DNA from: Oopsacas minuta
Lineage: Eukaryota > Animalia > Porifera
Direction: 5' to 3'
NCBI GenBank assembly: GCA_024704765.1
Contig: JAKMXF010000300.1
Span: 457,019-521,018 of the forward strand
DNA: 64,000 nt
The first letter of the stretch is position 1; each line of letters starts with the position of its first letter. The translations under genes were made by a program, and so were the position numbers. The notes under the pieces are model-generated. The model did no database searches. It was given only the letters and a program-made list of their open reading frames with translations, and was not told where the DNA came from. This document shows, piece by piece, positions 58,286 through 64,000 of the stretch.

Positions 58286-61200
58286 CTATTTGGGTGCTTG
58301 TGAAGCATCCGGTTGTTTGGATTCATCCAAACCTTTCATTCGTTTCGTTTGATCTGGGATTGATTTTGGAGAGCCAGTTATACCACCAGCATCTACCGTA
58401 TCAGGATTACCAGTAGCACTACAACACATACTGCCGTAGTAGTAAGGATATCCTCTGTAAGACTCCATCAACTCTAGCATTTCCTTTGTGTCCTCCTCCA
58501 TTGGATAATCTTCAAGGAAACGTTCATATTCAGAGCTCCAATGACTGAAATTGTAACCGTATATACCAACATAATAATCATGGTAATCCTTAATCAGCTT
58601 ATTCATCGGATTGCGCGTCATCATGTCGTATAAGTAGGCGTATTGATCCATCAAGTCGTCATGTTTGGAAGGGGATTCTCTTACAGAAGAAGGAGACTCT
58701 GAATTACGGGAACGCTTGCGAGACTTTCCATGATTAGTATGATTCTTGTGAGATTTGGATTCATGACTAGATTTGTGTTGAGATTTGTCAGAAGCTGATC
58801 TATCTCTGTTATCAGTAGAATTCTTGTTTTCTTTAGTAATAGATGCCTTATCTTCCCTCTCTCTTGATGTAGTAGGTTCTGTGAGAGATTTGGATTCTTG
58901 TCGGTGTTTAGAATGATCTTTCGCAATTGAAGCATCTTGTTTGATTATCTTTTTGAAAACCTCTTCGGAATGAGAATGCTTTGTTTTAGCATCATGTCTA
59001 GTTTCAGATTTATGTTTTACTCTTTCCTTAAATTTTATATCTTTGCTACTTGTAATCTCTCTGGCAAGTCGTGCTCTTACCTTAGCCAATTCCTCTTCTT
59101 TCTTCTTAGCTTTCTGCTTTTTAGCTTCAATTTCATTCAGTCTCTTATTTTTTGCATGCTTCTCTCCTTCCTTTTTCTTCCGCTTCTTAGACTCTTTTTC
59201 AGAATTATCCTTTTTGGCTTTGCTAGGATCTACAGAATTTTTGGGATGTAATTTCGTATATTGAGTCTTTTTAGCCTCTGAGCTCTCATCCTTTGCTTTA
59301 GCTAGCATCGGTAACGAGCTGAGTATAGTAGCCAGAGCAGTAGGGTCCATGCCCAGAGCTGTGGAGAGAAGTTGTGCATTTATCTGAGCATTAGCTGCTT
59401 CTTGAGTTGGTTGTGAGAGGTTTCCAGGAGGCTGGATGGGTTGAGGGACAATACCAGGTCCAGGGAGGGGGTTTTGCCCGGGAGTAAGAATCGCTTGTTG
59501 AGGACCGATTGGTTGCGGAATACCTGCAGATATCTGAATAGGAGCAGATGGCTGAAAATTTGAAGGTGGAGCAATAGAAGGCTCAATTGGTTGTGGCTGT
59601 GTGGGTTGTACAGTTAGGAAAGTGGGAAGATGACCACTCTGGCCTCGGAAAGGATTGGGGTAAGGCACATTTGGAGGAAGTTCTTTTGAATCTGGAGGCA
59701 AAGAAGCTGTGTTTCCACTGGAAATCATTTCATTTCTAGCTCGTTGCCCATCTGCGGCAAGTTGTAGCTTAGGCTGTTGTCCTTGAATCGTGTTAGAATG
59801 TGCAGTGTGGATTGCATCCATACAGGAGAAAGGATTATCAAATTGGATGAAAGCAAAGTGATTATGAATCTTTATGTCTAGAATCCGGCCGTATACAGAA
59901 AATGTATCATGTAGATCTTCCTTCGTTACTTGTTTGGGATCTAGATTTCCTACATACATACGGGACATAAGAGTCATTGGATCTTTGCTGCGAGATAAGT
60001 CTTGACACTGGTCTGAGTTTACAGCTGCCTGAGCTATCGTAGCTTGAGCGATTGTAGCTGGGCTAATCTGGTAATTTGTACCTGTTTCGTTTCCTAATAT
60101 TTGTCCAGGAATATCCATTGGGAGCTGTTGATGCTGAGGACCCATAGCGTGCGGAGCAATTGAGTGTTCCTGAATGCCAACACTTTGATCAATTGATAAC
60201 GAGGTATTCCCTCCAGGAAACTGCATCGAATAGCCAGACATCGAGTTGTTATGATCCTGCATGTGCATTGGAGCATAAGGATAATTGTCAGAGTGTGGGT
60301 GCTGATGCATAAGATCATACGAGCCTTGTGACTGCTCCATCATAGGAGGAGGAGCAGATTGGTGTAAGTCTTGAGACGGATGGAGTCCTGGACCTCCCAT
60401 ATAACCTGGCTGAGATGGGTGGCCGCGCATTGGCAAACCTTGTTGCTGTTGTGGAAAAGACTGGTACTGAGAATCTGGAATGTGATGTCGTAAGGGTAAG
60501 TGAACGTGACGAGAAGGGGGAGGGTGTGAGTAGGGAGGACGAGAGGGTGGCTCTTGAATAGACCTCTGAAAGCGATACGAATTGTAATTGTAATTACCTA
60601 AAGTGAATGAAAATCAAAACATATAAAACTAAATATACTATAGGATATGAGAAGAAACACTACCTTGATTCGGGTCAACAATATGATTGTCTTGTCCAAG
60701 GATATGGCGCAAATCAGGACGGTGCCTACTCCCAGATGGAGGAGCCCAATCCCTGCCCTCATGTAGAGGATGCCCCAACATGTGCTGAGGCTCCATAGGC
60801 ATGGACTTAGACAAACGTCCCTCTTGAGGTGTAGAGCCTTGAGGCCCAGTTCTTTTATCCTCCCATCTATGTTCATTTGGGTTTGATGGGTCTACATTAC
60901 GTCCATGGTTCCAATTAGTTGGCCTTGCACTGGGATCAATATTTGGAGTGGTTATTTCGCGTTCATTTCTTTCCATTTGACCCATTACAGTAGATAACTG
61001 GTCAGGAGCTGGTTTGGGATGTCTGCTCTCCAAATCTGCGGGAGGGGAAGATTCTGACTCCTTCCTTAGCCCTCCTTGAGCCCAAACTCTCTGAGCCTCA
61101 TTCGAATCTATTTTTATGCTACCTTGGATACGAATGATATTTTCTAGAAGTTTTTCAGTATCAGCATCAATCTTCCAATTAGAAATACTAAATTGAGAAG

Positions 61201-61954
61201 GTTTACGAGGTTGTAACGATCTAAAAGCTGTATCATCAGGTAGGTCTGTGAGCTTCTGGGTGGGAGTTCCAGTGTCTAGCATCTCACCATCCTCTAATGG
61301 CTCAAGAATCTTCCTCTCAGGACCTGATGGAATTTCACCATCTTCTTGTTCACTAGCACCACTGAGAGAAGATGGAGTTGCGAGTGGATGCTGGGCTATT
61401 TCAGGTTCTTGAATAACTTCTAGAGACTTTTCCTTCGGAAATTCTGAACGTAGAGTAGGAGTGTGGAAACGGTTAGGAGGAGAGTGATTCATTTCTGACC
61501 TTGCGAGCGGAGGGTAACCAGGGAGGAACGGAAATCGAGGCTCTGATGGAGGACGTGGATGAAAGAACTCATTTGGCTGTGGTCGTCTAACATGTCGAAA
61601 ACTATCAGGGTTCGTCCCATGAGGATGGTGAAAAGGTGGCGGCTTAGCTAAACCAGGAGAGTAGTTGCCCGGGAATAAGTCATCCGGTTTGTGCAGTCTG
61701 GCAAACTCAACTGAAACACGTCTATCAAAGATGAAGTCGTGATGCATCGTATTTATGGCTCGTTGGGCAGAAGCGTGGTCTTTGTAAACGACAAACGAAA
61801 ATCCCTTAGATTTCCCCGTATCCTTATTACGAATATACACAACCTCAGAAATTTCACCAAAGCGATCAAATATGTTACGAATATCACTTTCAGTGACATC
61901 AAATCCGTGGCCAGTAATAGCAATCTTTCTGCCTTGAACTTGTTCTGAAGCCAT
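58286..61954 (-). CDS. Two-RRM RNA-binding protein, 1200 aa; exons 61954-60664 and 60597-58286
   Basis: N-terminal RRM (KIAITG..GKSKGFSFVVY) and a central hnRNP C/NCOA5-like RRM (RMYVGNLDP..HNHFAFIQF), then a Lys/Glu-rich region. A 66-nt phase-1 GT-AG intron (60598-60663) joins the two ORFs in frame. Confidence 0.8.
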
Positions 61955-62955
61955 GAAAAAGCTAAATAATCTATGAATATGATAACAAATGTAATTAGAG
62001 ACTTCAGGTATACACTAGTTAACTCTAATTTCCTAATATAATCATAGAGGACACAAAAGTTAAAGCGGCTATGGAGTTACCGAATTAAAGTAAGTAAAAT
62101 TCAAATAAATTCAATAATAGAGATTGAACAAACAAATATTGAAAGGACAATGGATGCTAAGCTCTAACTAGCATCAGCGCAGAACCTTTGAATGATCCTA
62201 AGAAAAGTTTCTTATAATTATAAGAGAATGTTCGTATAATTTTGAGAATACTCTTATAATTATAAGAGAATTTCATATTTCACTTCCGACACAGTCGATC
62301 AGTGTTTTCAAGTTTTGGCGAAGAACTTTCTAGATACAAGTATATGGTATACCCTGAGGATAATTACCTGCTACAATCTTATTCCACAATCTATGTCCAT
62401 TTGTTATGATCAAATTGTGATATAAATACGTTAACCAATTACTCTAAGATATCGTAAAAAGGTATATTATGTAATTTCTATATAATAATTATAGGAATAT
62501 GTATTACAAAATTGCATACAATATATGAATAATCTGTGATAGTTTCTCAAGGCTGCAGCTAAGTAGCTTGATTTAAAGTGGAGACGTCTGACACACTTCG
62601 CAATTGCCCCGGTCAGTCTCAAACAAATAAGGTAGAATATAAGAGGAAGGAAGAGCAGTGAGCAGAGAAGAGAAATTATAATTCTTATGTTCAATTCTGA
62701 TCGCATATATACTTGTTGGTGAGATGCAGGCGTCACAACATGTTTTAGACAACTATACTATTTCCTAAGTTACCACCTGCAACAACTGAAATGTTTGCAA
62801 CACCTGCAAAACCTGCACTAGTGAAAAGAGTATAAATAGAAACAATATTTTCATTTGTAATATCTCTCCTACTTCAATCTCAGATGTCACAATTCTTCAA
62901 TCTCTTTCGCCCTCTACGGTCCCATTCACTCTATCTCCTACAATGCAATAGTCTT

Positions 62956-63180
62956 ACTCTCAATTCTACACCAACCTCTGTTCAATTTTCTAACAGATTT
63001 CTCTCAATTCCCCGCCTACCTCTATTCAATTTTCTGACAGCATTCTCTCAATTCGTCACTCACCTCTGCTGAATTTTCTAAAAGATTTCTCAATTCTTTA
63101 CCTCACCTCGGCTCAATTATCTGGCAGAATTCTCTCAATTCGTCACTCACCTTTGCTCAATTTTCGTACAGAATCTCGAT
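62956..63180. repeat. Degenerate ~44-bp pyrimidine-rich minisatellite, about 5 copies
   Basis: Units resemble ctctcaattc-gtcactcacctctgctcaattttctgacagaatt and repeat with substitutions. Confidence 0.8.
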
Positions 63181-63486
63181 GTGTCAATGACCTCAGACAT
63201 TCAAAATATAAATTCCTATCTAACTGAACCTAGAAACATTGGAGATGCTAAAGAAGTGATTGGAAATACAATTATTGCATACGTTGATTGATTCTTATAA
63301 TTGCAAAGAACCTAGAATTATGATTTGAATATTTTAAATATTTTGGAACATATAATGGACAGGGTGATGGAATAGTTATATTACGAAACATTCATCAAAT
63401 AGAGTAAACAAGTGACACAGTCAATGTAGGTTATAAGAACATCGTTGAGAACTGGACATAGTGTTCATATATCCAGCATATCATAC

Positions 63487-64000
63487 ACAAGAACAAATTC
63501 TTGTGATCAGCATGACTTATATAGGAACATGTTCTTATAACAAGCATATCTTGTATAAGAACATGTTCTTAAAACAAGCATGTCTTATATAATATCATGT
63601 TCTTATAACCAACATGTCTTATATAATATCATGTTCTTATAACCAACATGTCTTATAGACAAACAAGTTCTTATAACCAGCATATCTTATATAATATCGT
63701 GTTCTTATAACCAGCATGTCTTATATAAGAACATGTTCTTAAAACCAGCATGTCTTATATAATAACATGTTCTTATAACCAGCATATCTTATAGTCGAAT
63801 AAGTTCTTATAACCAACATGTCATATATAATATCATGTTCGCAAAACCAACATGTATTATATAATATCATGGCCAAATAACCAGCATGTCTTACATAAGA
63901 ACATGTTCATAAAACCAGCATGTCTTATATAATATCATGTTCTTATAACCAGCATGTCTTATACAAGAACATGTTCTCATAACCAGCATGTCTTATATAA
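63487..64000. repeat. 34-bp tandem satellite built from two 17-bp subunits, about 15 copies, running off the window edge
   Basis: Consensus is approximately tcttatataa(t/g)a(t/a)catgttcttataacca(a/g)catg, with CATG recurring every 17 bp. Confidence 0.92.

Noticed and set aside
3189-58935. Many 60-150-aa ORFs antisense to or overlapping real genes (e.g. 3189-3590, 34021-34464, 48354-48707, 56730-57101)
   Set aside because: They are shadow frames of long coding exons with no recognisable motifs, and many use non-ATG starts.
62467-62736. Possible small membrane protein ORF on the minus strand
   Set aside because: It has a GTG start, its hydrophobic stretch comes from a CT-rich tract, and there is no homology cue or splice support.
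63487-64000. CRISPR array (34-bp periodic, partly palindromic repeats)
   Set aside because: The units are head-to-tail with no unique spacers, there are no cas genes, and the context is intron-containing eukaryotic DNA.

Overview
Compact eukaryotic (animal) genomic DNA, not prokaryotic. It holds about 24 protein-coding genes with AT-rich GT-AG introns, mostly 49-68 nt, and very short intergenic gaps. Gene style, intron size and free-standing NHL-repeat genes suggest a glass sponge (hexactinellid, Oopsacas-like); this is inference only. Genes in order: PIK3R5/6-like (partial), a divergent mitochondrial EF-Tu, EDEM3, an Ig-domain membrane protein, an IRS/DOK-like adaptor, POP1, AGBL2/3-like, NF-YC, MANF, an orphan, SART1, an inverted pair of ankyrin genes, GPN3, EXOSC5, APEH, an NHL protein, PIGB, NUDT19, a second NHL protein, CCDC28, a giant USP53/54-like gene with SPR nested in its first intron, and a two-RRM protein. 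Satellite DNA follows at the right end. Main highlights: (1) four long minus-strand ORFs at 42885-57559 splice in frame into one ~4,298-aa protein with eight tandem USP53/54-type domains that all lack the catalytic Cys, followed by death-like, MIT-like and Cys4 modules and a PDZ-binding tail; (2) ten co-oriented, tightly packed genes with splice-acceptor-like TAG sites just upstream of their start codons, suggesting operon-like transcription with trans-splicing; (3) a mitochondrial EF-Tu with a remodelled aminoacyl pocket. All family assignments come from recalled motifs; no database search was run.
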